Positions 13,808 to 27,120 of a stretch of 64,000 bases of DNA are shown in pieces. The position numbers were made by a program, and so were the translations under genes. How positions within the stretch are numbered: the first letter of the stretch is position 1; the number at the start of each line of letters is the position of its first letter. Origin of the DNA: the human T2T-CHM13v2.0 reference genome, Homo sapiens; assembly GCF_009914755.1 (NCBI RefSeq), contig NC_060927.1, one strand, 5' to 3'. The notes under the pieces are model-generated. The model had not been told where the DNA came from, ran no database searches, and worked only from the letters and a program-made list of their open reading frames with translations.

Positions 13808-15984
13808 GTACAAACTAAAATGGAACTTCAAGGTCTCTCATATGATCAAAATAAATATTATTAAGTATCTGTCAAAGTGCATTTTGTTGATAAAATTATT
13901 TCTCTTTTTCTCGGGTGGTGGTAGTGACAGTACATGGAACTATTACTCATTTCTGATAACAACTTTTGATATTTTCTCTCTTGGATTATGCACATGTCTA
14001 CAGTATTCTGGGTACCCTTCCTACATTCTCTTACCATCTCGGGGTTGTTTTTTTCTCTTTTTCTTCATTTTTTCTCTAGTTACCATCTGTCAAACTGGAT
14101 ATCTGTCAAACTGGATTTCTCAATTCTTCTACATATGGTAGTTAAATCCAATTTGCTTTTATTGTAAATTGGTTTGGTCATAATTCAGGTTTAATCCAGT
14201 TTTTATAGGATCATGTTAATGATTTTGTTTTTTAATATCTATGTTCTATTTAATTATACAAATATTTCTAGTTGACACATTTTATGACTGTCCTGAATGC
14301 TATTTTTGTCATTTTTCTGCACCTGTTAAAATATATCCATTTCCTTAAACAGACTTTACAACCTGAATTACAAAATTTCCACTTATACACATCCTAATTT
14401 GTTTCCTAACCTATTGATACATCTTTCCAGTTAGACAAGTTATTTAGCTATTCTCCTGCCAATATGCATATTAATTCATCTGACATTAGGGGAATATTAA
14501 GGAATGTAGACTTGAATAATTTGATTACATAAAACTTCTAACAAGACTATGCCTATTCTAGGCTATGGGTACTTTCCTAGATCTGTTAAAAGTGAAAAGT
14601 ATTTCACTTATTCTACCGTGATTCACCCTTATTATAAACAAACCATATCCTAGTGAGAAGAGCTAAATTTGTATTTTGGATGATATGTTCGTGAAGAAAT
14701 TATTATAATTATTGTATTGTAACCACTTCTGTGCCATTTAATTGACACAAAGTGATCTTTAATCATTCAGCAGTTAATTCTTTCATTATTCCATCAGGAA
14801 AAATCAATAGCACAGTTGATTTATATCTGTAGAAACTCTGATACTACAGTGGCAGATTAAAATTGTCATAGCAGAGAAGAAAAAGAACTCGTATTTAGAA
14901 AAGGAAAATTATCTAAATTAATTCCACAAGTGCATGCTTTGCTTAATTTTTAGATATATAATGTAAAATATACAGAAGTCTACATTATATGAATGTATAC
15001 AGTGGTATGTATGGAGATTTTCAAAATATAAATGGTAGTAATATATGCATGGGTTCATATAGAAATAAATGGATAGATGATAGAAGATAGAGAGATAGAT
15101 ACTTAATACACCCTTGTCAATATCCCCCAAAGTACTGTATAAAAAATAGGAACAGATCAAGGTGTACTTACAATATTCCTTAGTCATAATAATGGTTAAA
15201 TTGAACTATAGCAGTAACAAATGTAAAACAATTGTAATAGGAGTTATTTGGTGCCAGATTTGTTAGTAAAATAATAAACAAGTAAGTATGAGGTATTGGA
15301 AAAATCTGTGAATTTTTATTGTATTTATTTCTTGCATAATATTTATCACAGAGTTACTTCATTCTTCCAAGAAAGGATAATTATGTACACATGACCTTAT
15401 TTACAAGTGGATGGCTAAAAATGACCCAGATGCCTTGTGTATTATCTAGGCAATCTGCCAGGAAGTTGGCCACAGCAGAGAGGATCAGAAAGTTCCCACT
15501 CAGTCCAGACATGTAGAGTAATAAACATTTTCATCTTGCTGTACTGTTATTGCTACAAATAATAAGCTAGAAAATTTAGATCTTGATCAAAGTGTTTGGA
15601 TGTCTATACGTTATTATACAGGTTGTATGTTAGCAAGTCAGCCATAGCAGGCAAACAACCTTATACGGTTTCAATCATAACCTAAATGACCTGCCATGTT
15701 AAAAGCAAAACCAAACTAAATATAGTGTGTCTTCCACTAAGGATGAAGAAAACAGATTAGGTAAATTTAAAGTGTATAAACTTGTAAATTGTATATATGG
15801 CACTAGAATAATGTAATATTACCCATGTGTGAAAAACCTGTGAATATCATTATACTATTCAAAGAAGCCAGCCCTCAAGTTAGTTTGATAATAAAAACAA
15901 GAAATATGTACATATGTATTGTAAAATTACAGCATTCAGACCCTTTGCTTTACACAGCACTTATCTAGTTTAAAATCAATGCAT

Positions 15985-16065
15985 ATATTTATTAATTCAT
16001 AAAGCAGGTATTTAATGAGCACTTGCAACGTGTCAGGGACTGTTTCAAGGTCTTGTAGACACATA
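15985..16065 (-). mobile_element. L2/MIR 3'-tail fragment
   Basis: tatttaatgagcacttgcaacgtgtcagggactgtt resembles the shared L2/MIR tail. Confidence 0.5.
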
Positions 16066-18086
16066 CCGTACTTTCCAAGAGAGGCGCTCAGGGTTGATTA
16101 AAGTGTTGAATATCAAATGTTATTTTTAAAGTTCTTTTCATATTTGAATTATTTGATATGGGTGGAATCCTAACTTACGGGAGGTGAAAAACTGTAAAAT
16201 CATTCATTCAACTTAGTCTTTTTAAATATCTCACTCTACTCCTCTATTAAGAAGTCCTGTGTTAGTAAAGTAGATGGCTCCTTACGTGATGATATTTAAG
16301 GAGTTATTGACATGTTTTCTTGCTCTTAGCTGTTTTCCAGATGCTTGTGTTCCTGCCTGAAAGGATATTATGAAAAAATGTCCTCTAACATCACAGCACA
16401 CCTTTCAGGGCTTAACACATTAAGCTATTACCAGTTTTATTTTACAATCCTAAAATATTAATTTATCTAATTACTTTACTCAATTGAGAATACAAAGCTG
16501 AACAAAGGGACAATTATAGAATATTCCACATCCCCTAAAAAGTGTGGCTCTGAGTAGAAGAATATTGTCCTGTAGTAAAGTAGAATGTAGGCAACCAAAG
16601 TAAATTTACAAAAACTAATCGAAGTATGCATTCACCCAGGGCTAAGCTTGCTACTAAATTCGTTGTATATAAATTAATAAAATAGAGAAAACAGTATTTG
16701 CCTTTGAGGATATTGAACTCTAGCCACTCAAGGTAACGTTTTACTCTCCTGTTACAGCATAACAGTGCTAAAAAATGTCGTATGCATATATACAATTTTA
16801 AAAAAGAATTTTAAATGAGTCCATAAATGACAGAATGGAAAGTAAAGGATAACTGGTGTTCTTAAGAGCTTCCAGAAGTTGGTAAAGGTTGAGAATTTTC
16901 CGATGAGATAGTAGACGTAGATCATAGGCACATGACATCCTATGAGAGTGAGCAGCCAGAGTCATATGACTGAAATAGGCAGACAAAGTAGGAAAGTGAT
17001 GTATGTTTGGCCTGAAATACTGGGTTAAGCCATCTATATTTGGTGCAGTCAATGTTTGACAAAAATAGTTGCTCAAAGCTTAAGCAACAAGGTTTTTTAA
17101 GATATGTAAATCAATTAAAAACCATTGAAATTGAAAGAGTAAGTTGATGTAAAAGACTTATAGCCAGATTTTTCAAATGTATTTTGTTCACATATGCTTT
17201 GTCTTCTGTTTTCCTACAAAAAAAATCAGAATTTTCAATAAATATTTATTAGAAAAATGTACAGTTGACACAAACATTTAGAATGACTCTAGAGGCTATA
17301 AAAGCTTACTTTCAAGTGCTAAGAGGCAGAGTTAAAATTATCATAAAATATCCCTATGTCTAATGCTAACATGCAAACATAAAGTTACAATGTATTTTGT
17401 AAACTATATCTGAATATATAGACCAGGAAATCAGAAATATCCTTCTTGATGTTTTCTATTCTGGAATGGCATAAAGGTGCTCCCTTTTGTAACTTGTATT
17501 AAAATATTTGTGTTAATAATTGATATGTTAACAGTACAAAATGATGAGAATATCATATGAATCCCTATACCACCTAGGAGATCAAAGAAGTCAAAAGTGT
17601 CTTCTTCAGTAATTAGTTTAATTTGTTCTCAATAGGGAATTCTAAATTTTATCCTTTTAAGTTTATCAACATAATTCAAGCTGTTGATTGCATAGTAGAT
17701 TAATGATATGAGTATGATATATAAAATTCTATTAGCAGCTCAGAGGGTGATTTTAGAAAAGTAAACATATTGGAACTAAAGGAAATTGTTTTTGCCACTG
17801 TTTGTTTTCATGAAATTTTAAAAAAAAGAGCCTACATAAATGTAACATGCTGCAAAATATGACTATAGAGTCAGAGGTCAGTTAAAAACAAATGAAGAGA
17901 TTTGATGTAAAGTTTATATTTCATATGCGTTTTATTTAGTATCCAAATGAGATTCTCCCACTTAATAAAATATCAACATATGAAAATAGCAACTCTTTCA
18001 ATATACTATTTCTGAAGCTATATATTTAGATTGCTTCTTTCATTTATTTTTAGTATAATTGTTTTTGAAACTTTAATAAGGCAAAT

Positions 18087-18268
18087 TAGTAGTTCCTAGT
18101 TCTAGATAAATGTGAGAATCATACAGGGAGCCTTTAAAAAGTACTGATATCTATGACCCACACTCAAGAGATTTGGAAGTAATTGATTTTATAAGTGTTT
18201 TGGCTACTGGTGTATGTGCAAATCTGCCCAAGTGATCCTTGAGTGCAATCAGGGTTGAGAACAATTGA
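18087..18268. mobile_element. MER5A/B hAT-Charlie MITE
   Basis: gagaatca...ggagcctttaaaaagtactga...ccaagtgatcct...agggttgagaacaattg. Confidence 0.7.
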
Positions 18269-18624
18269 GAGAAATCAAGAGTCATCGATTCTGAAATATG
18301 AGACAGTACTTTCAAGATCTTCATGTTGGATTTGATTTTGAAGAACTAACCAAGTAAAATCATGATTATTAAAATAATTCCCCTAAATAATACTATTATG
18401 CTTATGCTTTGTTATTAAAGATGGAAGAAGCAGTAACTATATCTCATTAGAGAAAAAACTAGTGCATTGTAAGAAAAATGCATCATTATGATTTTTTAAT
18501 TTTCAAATTTACAGATTAAAAAAATCAATGAGTAGAATACTACCAAAATGAATGACAACAGAAATTTCAAATAATTGCATGGAACAAATTATTATGGCCC
18601 TTAGAAGAATAGATGCGAGATATG

Positions 18625-18890
18625 ACAACTTGTGAAGAAGTTTGTCTAGGTGTGGTGTCAACTTCTAATCTTCTGTCCTCTGATAAGGGTCAATCTTCCC
18701 TGGTTGATGAAACTCCCCAGGTTGGGATTTAATGACAATTGAGTTCCTTTCAGAGGATCTGTCTTTAGGCAGATAAGAGGAATTCAGAGAAAGCCTCTCC
18801 CTGCGTTTGCTGTTTTTCAGGTACTTTCACCTCAGAATAATCAGTATACCAAAGTGGCATATTGAGATGGCATATTTTGTTTCCTTGAGA
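18625..18890 (-). mobile_element. ERV1 (MER4-group, MER34-like) LTR fragment
   Basis: tttaggcagataagagg...aaagcctctccctgc...aataatcagtataccaaagtggcatat. Confidence 0.6.
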
Positions 18891-18964
18891 GATGATACCT
18901 AGATGATACATAAAAACTTGAAAATACACGTATTTCAGTTATGCCCAACAACTAGCAGGATATG

Positions 18965-19080
18965 ACACAGTGGCACAACGCTAACTTTTAAAGTTAGAAT
19001 ACCAGCATTCAGAACTTGGCTTTTGAGTTACAAGCTGCGTGAACTTGAGAAAAATCACTTAATTTCTGCAAGCTCATAAA
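18965..19080 (+). mobile_element. MIR fragment
   Basis: caagctgcgtgaacttgagaaaaatcacttaatttctg. Confidence 0.5.
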
Positions 19081-19344
19081 TTTCGGCTCCAGTTGAGCTT
19101 TCTAATTCTAGAGCCCAAACCTTACTGATTGTATTTAAACATAGCTCCTGTTGTTTTTCTTTGAACCATCTCCATCTGAAAAACTGGAAAACCATTTTCA
19201 CTTCAAAAAATTTTGTTGACACACAATAAAAAATTGTACTGAAAGTAGAAATCAGTACTAAGAATATGTTGCAAGAAGTCTACCTCAATTTTTATTCAGA
19301 CATTCTTAAAATATTTAATACACATTGTAAGAGTCTATTAGAGC

Positions 19345-19515
19345 TATGACTCTCAAACTTTAAAGTGTATTCAAGTCACCCAGGAATAAATGCAGATTCT
19401 GATTTGCAATATTTCCTCTGTAACCTGTAATTCTACAGTGCGAACAAGTTTCCCGGTGATGCCCATACTGCTGGTTCCTGCTACTGCTGGTTCTTGCATC
19501 TTATTTGAATGGCAA
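19345..19515. mobile_element. MER5A MITE
   Basis: tctcaaacttt...aatgcagattctgatt...aacaagtttcccggtgatgc. Confidence 0.7.
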
Positions 19516-19635
19516 GATTAAAAAAAAAAAAAAAGCCAAAAAAGGCCCACAGATTTGGCTATGTAAGTAAGTAAACTAAGTAGACGCTTTGAAGGAAATT
19601 CAGGATAAAACTCAACTAGACGCTGGATTAAATGC

Positions 19636-19656
19636 CACACACACACACACACACAC
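19636..19656 (+). repeat. (CA)n microsatellite
   Basis: Seen directly. Confidence 0.9.
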
Positions 19657-20213
19657 GCACCAGCAAGTTAAAACCACAGCAGCAAGCAAGCTATGAGTGG
19701 TAAGAATAAAATGGTGTTGTCTGAGATTGAAGCCAATATCCATGCTGCATTATATAGACGGAGTCTTGGACTTCTACTAAGGTATTGGATCTAAACCTGA
19801 AAGTTCTACATTGAAACAGGAACCCTCAAAGGAGGTTAAAGTGATCTCAATTTGGAAGTACTCCACAGAGAATCATTTGTACATTTTCTTTCTAAGAAAA
19901 CATCCCCAGTTATGCCTTTAGGACTCCCACAGATGACATGCAATGAAAGATGAGCTCCTAAACTACAAGTAACAATAATTAATGGAGCTAACCTATTATG
20001 AGTCAGCAAAAGCAAAAATCAGCAAATCTAGAGGTGCTAATACCTTAGATATTATATAAAATATCTGAAGAACTAAATGAGAGATGTAATTTTAAAAAGC
20101 ATGGTAGAGACTATCACAATAAGACAGTAAAATCCTTTTAAAAATAAAAAGATAAAACTCAACTGCTATGTTAAACAGTGTATTAGAAAAGGCTGAATAA
20201 AGAAGTGAAATGG

Positions 20214-20462
20214 GGCTAGGCATGGTGGCTCACACCTGTAATCCCAGCACTTTGGGAGACCAAGGTAGGAGGATTGCTTAAGCCCAGGAGTTGGAGAGCA
20301 GCCTAGGCAACACAGTGAGACCCCGTCTCTAGAAAAACAATTAAAGATAAAAAAAATAGTACTCAAGTATGGTGGCATGTACCTGTAATCCCAGCAACTC
20401 AAGAGGTTGAGGTGGGAGGAATGGTTGAGCCTAGGAGATGGAGGCTACAGTGAGCCATGATT
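20214..20462 (+). mobile_element. Alu (AluJ-like), 3'-truncated
   Basis: Alu consensus ending at gagccatgatt with no poly(A) tail. Confidence 0.92.
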
Positions 20463-20469
20463 ACTGTCG

Positions 20470-20720
20470 ACAGAAAACTTCATAAAGTTTGAATGCAAGT
20501 CATACATGCATAGAATAGTGTCTTTAAAGTGCTAAGAGAAAATAACCATCAATCTAGTATTAATTATCCAGCAAAACGATCTTTAAAGTGTGATGGTTAA
20601 ATAAAGATACCTTCATATAAAAATATAAATTTTAACACCAATATTTCTTCACTAACAAAATTCATGATAGTGTTCTTCAGGAAGATGGTCTATCATATTG
20701 GAAAGAAGGACACCCTAAAA
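20470..20720 (+). mobile_element. Old L1M ORF1 fragment
   Basis: tctttaaagtgctaagagaaaataaccatcaatctag...ccagcaaaa resembles ORF1 'FKVLKEKNCQPRILYPAKL'. Confidence 0.65.
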
Positions 20721-21139
20721 GAAAATAACATAAAAATATGCAAATCTCAATCTCACTCATGATTGTATATAATAACCTACCATCAAAAGAATTTCTACAT
20801 CACCTGAAAAGAATCACATCCAGATTATAAGATCCTTTAATATTTAAAAAAATTAAAAAACAGAAATATTAGTATGTAAAAGTAATTAAATGTTATATCT
20901 GATAACATACAAATCACATTTATAAATTCAGTGGGGGGACAGGTAGCAAAGACTTGTCATTTTACAAATTATTTGGATGGCTGCAATTTGAAATGCAATC
21001 CTCACTGCCTATGGTATGTGTTTACAGAGTTCCTGCATCTTATTCTCCTTGTTTGGACCTTAGAGTCTGCCAATTCTTGTACTCCTCCTGCCCCAGATTG
21101 CTTACCACATGTTCCATAGATTTTGATTTTACTTGCCAG

Positions 21140-21360
21140 GAGTATATGCTAGAGTCAAACTGCTTGGATTCAAGTCTAGATTTGAGCTTTGAACTTGAAC
21201 AAATTACTCTGCCTTTATCTCAGTTAACAGACCTGTAAAATGGATATCATAATTGAGCCTACAAAACTGAAGCTGTTTTGAGGATTAAGTGAGGTAGTAC
21301 ATGCTAATGCTCATAACAGGGCCTCATAAAAGGAATATGACAAGTACTCAATATTATTTT
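21140..21360 (+). mobile_element. MIR
   Basis: gagtcaaactgcttggattcaagt...ctgtaaaatgg...gaggattaagtgag...actcaatatt. Confidence 0.75.
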
Positions 21361-21556
21361 CTTTAGACCATCAAGTAATTTATTGATGCCTTTAATACAA
21401 AGAAATTAAGTTAGCAAAATCTTTATAAAACTATATTGCTATTTATTGTTTTGAAAAAAAATTACAGCATTTGCCAAATGTGAATAGAGTAGGTCTAGAC
21501 ATTGGTTTTACCAACTTGCAGTCCTTTATCTGTGTCTTCATTAATAATTTAAACGT

Positions 21557-21642
21557 GGCACATATATACATATGTAACAAACCTGCACGTTGTGCACATG
21601 TACCCTAGTACTTAAAGTATAATAAAAATAAAAATAAATAAA
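21557..21642 (+). mobile_element. Very short L1PA 3' end
   Basis: catatgtaacaaacctgcacgttgtgcacatgtaccctag..cttaaagtataataaaa. Confidence 0.88.
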
Positions 21643-21674
21643 TGTAATTTTTAAAAATGTAGAAAAAAATGTGA

Positions 21675-24600
21675 GAGAAGGGGTTCAAGATGACTGACTA
21701 GATGCAGCTATGACGTCCCTCTTCCACAGAAAGGAACCAAAATATCACATAAATCTACACAATCAAATAGGTCTTCCAAGATATAACACTGAAATTTAGC
21801 AGAGAGATGACAGGAGGCACCAGGGATGAAAAGGGAGGAAGCAGAGCTTCCTGCTTGGACACCAGGACCATTCTCTGGACCCAAAGCCAAGGAGTAGGTG
21901 AGTGAAGGAACCCCAGGACTTCATATTCTAGCTGCAGACTTCTGTTCTAACTACAGAAGAGTTTTGTGACCACCCTAGACTTCTAGACTGTCTGAGGAAG
22001 CTGCTGGTGACCATGCAGAGCCACTGCTTGAACTCACACGGACCCCGCTGAGCAACTGCAGCAAAGCACAGTTCTGGGAGCCCATCCCCCAAGGCTCTGC
22101 ATCCTGCCCTAAGCTGCTGCTGCTGTATCTGCCAGGCTGAGGAGTGGGCAGGGGTCCAACACTCTCATGCACCTCAAAGACAGCTTCTACTCCCATAGTT
22201 GTAGAACCAAATGCATTAGAACCACATAACCCATGCCTGCCTATCCCTCCCAAGACTGCCTGCCTGGTCATTCCTGCAGTGGGGGACCCACAGCATAGCA
22301 ACCATTGCTTCATCTGCATGTTTTAGTGGTGGCCTAGGAGTAATTCACCCCTCCCTATCACAGCCAAAGCTTAAGTCCACCAAGCCAGAGAACAAGTCTG
22401 TGGGCCTGGCCCCAGTCCAGGGGCATGGAGATCAGATTTGTAATCTAATCTCAAACCAAGGAGGACCCTCCACTGTCCAAATACAGAAAAGATCATGGTG
22501 TGGGTCCCTGTTGTGGCATGGGGGCTGAGTGCCCCTCCATTCACGAGAATGGACTGAGAAGGGTGTGGCCTGATAGTCATGCTATCTATCACAGACAGGG
22601 ATTCTTGCAGCCTGGAACAGCTCAGGGATCAAAAGGTGGACTGCTTGGGAACTAGCCTAATTATTCTGGCTACTGCCAGTGGAGACCCTCTGGATTTGGG
22701 GTGTGAAACCTAGGTGTGTCCCAGTGCCACCTGATATGCTGAAAACTCTGGGTCAGTGCTCTTCTCTGAGTGGACTCTTGGTGCAAGACAGTTGCCTCTG
22801 CCCCTCCCTGGAGGGTTGCCCAAGTGGCCTGGCTGTTGTCCCTAACCCCATTGTAATCAGCATTTGCATTCACCAGGTCACAGGCTTGTCTGACCCAGCC
22901 CACTCAGCTTTGTCACCTTCAGGCACCTTGGTGGAACATTGGACATGGACCTCAGAGAGCACCAGGGCCCTGCCCATTACCAGGGACACCCCAGAAATTC
23001 TCTTGATTAACAAAGGGCAAGTAAAAATTTCACTGCCACCAACACAGCTGCCTCTCTCCTACAAGCACCACCTACTGGTGGGGAAGCCAGCCTGCACATA
23101 CCATTACAACTTCTGACACCATTGTATAGCACTAAGCCACTCTTACTCACAAGTACCACCTATGGGCTTGTAGAGTGAACTGCACAACCCAATATAATTC
23201 CTGCTGACAGAAGTGCAGGGAACAAGAAAAGCCTCCCAAGACCTTCACCTCCCCATCTCTTTAGCAGAAAATGAGCCTGCACACACTCACAGTACACAAG
23301 TACTAAAACCTACAAATAACCAGCATTTGAGAAAGCCACTATACTAAGGATATGTATAACCAAGGAATTCATACAGAGACTTGGCCCACTAACAGCACAA
23401 AGAGGCAAAGCCAAAGGACCCTACCCAACATGTGCAACACTCCCACCCTCGGGGGGAAACAAATCCCTCCCAAACAAAAGAAAATTCAAAAGTAAAAGTG
23501 GCAGCTTCTCCAGATGAGAAGAAAACAATATAAGAACTCTGACACTTAGAAAAATCAGTGTTGCGACACCCCCAAAGGATCACATTAGGTCTGTAGCAGT
23601 GGATCCTAACCAAAGTACAATTCTAAAATGACAACGAATTCCAAATATGGATTGTAAGGAAGCTCAATGAGATCCAAGAAAACCAACACAAAGAAATAAG
23701 AAAAATTTCCACAAATGTGGAAAACCAATACAAAGAAATAAGAAAAAATGATTTAGGATATGAAAGATGAGATAGCTGTTAAAAAAAAGAGAGTGTCTGG
23801 AAATGAAAAATTCACTGAGGGAACTTCAAATTACTTTAATTGAAAGCTCTAATAATAAACTGTAAAAGACAAAAGAGGTTTTCAGAACTGGAAGGCAAAT
23901 CTTTTGAATTAACCTAGTCAGATAAAAATTAGAAAAAAATATATTTAAAAAAAATAAACATGACCTTCAAGAAATATGAGATTATGTAAAGCAACTAAAC
24001 CTATGAATAATAAGAAATAAAAGTAAAAGGTTTGGAAAAGTATTTGAGGGAAAATTCAGGATAATTTCCCTGGTCTTGCCAGAGATGTAGAAATCCAGAT
24101 ACAGAAAGCCCAGAGAACATATGGAAGATACTTTATAAGATGAACATCACCAAGGCATACGGTTATCAGACTATCCAAAGTGAACATGAGAGGAAAAATT
24201 TTAAAAACAGAGAGAAGCATCAAATCACCTATAATAGATATCCCATCAGATTAACAGCAGACGTCTCAGGAGAAACCTTTTAAGCCAGAGATCGAGGCCT
24301 ATGTTCAGGTTTCTTAAAGACAAAAAATGCCAGCCCAGAGTTTTATATTTTGCCAAAATGAGCTTCATAAATGGAAGAGAAATAAAGTATTTCCCAGACA
24401 AGCAAATGCTAAGGGAATTTGTCACTACTAGACTGGCACTACAAGAAGAGCTCAAAGGAATTCTAAACCTAGAAACAAAAAGACAATACTGGTCATGATA
24501 AAGCACACATAAGTACAAAGCTCACATCCTATAAAGCAGTTACACAAATGAGACTACAAAGCAACTAGGTAACAACATTATGATAGGTACAAAACCTCAC

Positions 24601-27120
24601 ATATCAATATTAACCTTGAAAATAAATGGCCAAGGTGCCCCACTTAAAACATATAGACTGGCAAATAGGATTAAAAACATAAGATCCAATCATTTGCTGC
24701 CTACAGGAGATCTACCTAACAAGTAAGGACACCCACAAATTCAAAGTAAAGGGATGGAGAAAGACATACCATGCAAGCAAAAAACAATGATGACCAGGAG
24801 TAGCTATACATATATCAGATCAAACAGACATTAAATCAACAACAGTAAAAAAGAAAAGACAAAGAGAATGATGGTTATTAAATAATGACAAAGGGTTCAA
24901 TTCAACAAGAAGATATATCTATCCTAAGTATATATGTACCCAACACTGGAGCACACAGATTTATAAAACAAGTACTAAAGGAAAGGGATATGTAGCCATA
25001 CAATCATAGTGGGGGATTTTAACACCCCACTGACAGCACTGGAGAGATCCTCAAAGCAGAAAATCAACAAAGGGCCTCTGGACTTAAACTGGACTGTAGG
25101 CTAAGTGGATTTAATAGACATTTATAGAATGTTCTACCTATCAGCCGCAGAATATACGTTTTTCTCACCTGTGCATGGAAGATTCTCCAAAATTGACCAT
25201 ATGCTTAGTCATAAAGCAAGCCTCAATAAAATCAAAAAAATAAAAATAATATCAAGTATCTTAAGATCTCAGACCATGGTGGAATAAAATTAGACGTCAG
25301 TGCACGAGGAGAACACTCAAAACTACACAAAAACATGGAAACTAAGCAGATTGCTTCTGAATGACTTTTTGGTAAATGATGAAATTAAATAACAAATCAA
25401 AAACTTGAAGGAAAATAGAGATACAACATATCAAAACCTCTGGGAAATGGCAAAAGCAGAGCTAAGAGGAAGGTTTATAGTGTAAAATGCCTACATCAAA
25501 AAAAATACAGAGAACTGAAATTAACAACCTAATATCGTAACTCAAGGAACTAGAAAAACAAGAACAAATCAAACCCGACACTAGCAGAAGAACAGAAATA
25601 ACAAAGATCAGAGCACAAATAAATGAGATTGAGACAAAAAACAAGAAAAAGATACAAAGGATTAACCCTTTTCTGATTTGCCCCAGAATACTTGCTGGTG
25701 GTGCTTGCAGCTGCAGTGTTTGCCCCAAGATAACTTTGCCATGAAATATCTCAAGTATATTATTTTTGCATCACTCTAATATATTGACTTTGGAAACAAG
25801 ACATCATTCTATTTATAGTGTTCTGTTTTTAGTGGTGGTATTTCCATTTACAAACGATAGTAAGTCTTGATGGCTAAAAAGTCAAATCCTAGAAAACAGC
25901 ATTCCTTTCCGTGATGTTAACATCATTCTTGAACAGTTGTTGATCAAAGATTCATTTGTTGAATACAATTTTTCCAAAATAGACAATTCTGATAATTCAG
26001 ATGATTCTGATGTTAGTTCTGCTTAGAAATAACAACAAGAACAGTTTTTATATTTTATTTTCACATTAAAAATCTGTAAGATTTGCTTCAGGCTCAAAGA
26101 GTGTGTTTATGTAAAATTTAATGAGCACTGGCAGCAAGCTGTGCTTTTGGGTTAATGAAATAAAAGGTTGGCTCTTAGGAAACCATAAGCAAAATTGATA
26201 GACTGCTAGCTCAATTAACCAAGAAAATAAGAGAGATTTAAATAAGCACAATCACAAATGATAAAAGTGACATTACACAGAAATACAAAACATCATCAGA
26301 GACTACTACTAGTATGTCTTTGTGTGTAAACTAGAAAACCTAGAGGAAACAGGTAAATTTCTGGAAACATACAACTTCCCAAGGTTGAACCATGAAGAAA
26401 TAGAAATCCTGAACAAACCAATAATAAGTAATGAAATTGAGTCAGTAATAAAACATCTTCCAACAAAAGAAAAGCCCCAGACCAAATGGATTCACAGCCC
26501 AATCTTACCAGACTATCTATCTCAATAGACACAGAAAAAGCATTCAATAAAATTCAAAATCTCTTTACAATAAAAACCCTCAACAAAGTAGACATTGAAG
26601 GAATAGCCTTCAAAGTAATAAAAGCCATCTATGATGAACTCACAGAGGACATCATACTGAATTGAGAAAAGCTGAAATAATTTCCTCTGAGAACCGGAAG
26701 AAGACAAGGATGCCCACTGTCACCACTCCTATTCAACATAGTACTGGATTCCTAGCCAGAGAAGTTAGGCAAGAGAAAGTAAGAAAAGGCAGCCAAATTG
26801 GAAAAGAGGAAGTCCAACTTTCTATGCTCATCAATTACATGAAAAATGACTTCAGTATCAATATACAAAAATTAGTAAGATTTCCATACATCAATAATTT
26901 TCAAGCTGAGAACCAAATCAATAACACAATCTCATTAACAATAGACACACACACACACACCAAATACCTAGGAATATATTTAACAAAGGAAGTCAAAGAT
27001 CTCTACAATGTTCACTGTTTGAGTGATGGGCACCTAGAACCCCAAACTTCACCATTATGGGATATATTCATGTAACAAGCCTGTGCCTACACCCCCTGAA
27101 TCTATAAAAATAATAATAAC
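21675..27120 (+). mobile_element. Long LINE-1 (L1PB/L1MA-type): 5'UTR, ORF1, ORF2 endonuclease/RT, internally deleted, with 3' end
   Basis: 5' caagatgactgactagatgcag. ORF1 fragment KCQPRVLYFAKMSFINGREIKYFPDKQMLREFVTTR (24301-24498). ORF2 fragments MDLIDIYR..YTFFS..HGRFSKIDHML and KLENLEE..FLETYNFPRLNHEE. 3'UTR at 27011-27120. Degenerate TSD agaaaaaaatgtg/agaaaactatatg. Confidence 0.95.
25666..26151 (+). mobile_element. MER75 piggyBac-family MITE inserted in L1 ORF2
   Basis: TTAA at 25662-25665 and 26152-26155. Begins CCCTTTTC and ends GGG. Body matches recalled MER75 (gataactttgcc...gatgattctgatgttagttctg). Confidence 0.9.

Noticed and set aside
21708-23116. GC-richer region with ORFs up to 145 aa, resembling a promoter or gene
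   Set aside because: It lies in the L1 5'UTR. CpGs are depleted and the peptides have no recognisable domain.
25666-26151. Possible piggyBac transposase (PGBD) gene
   Set aside because: It is only a ~490-bp non-autonomous MITE with no transposase ORF.
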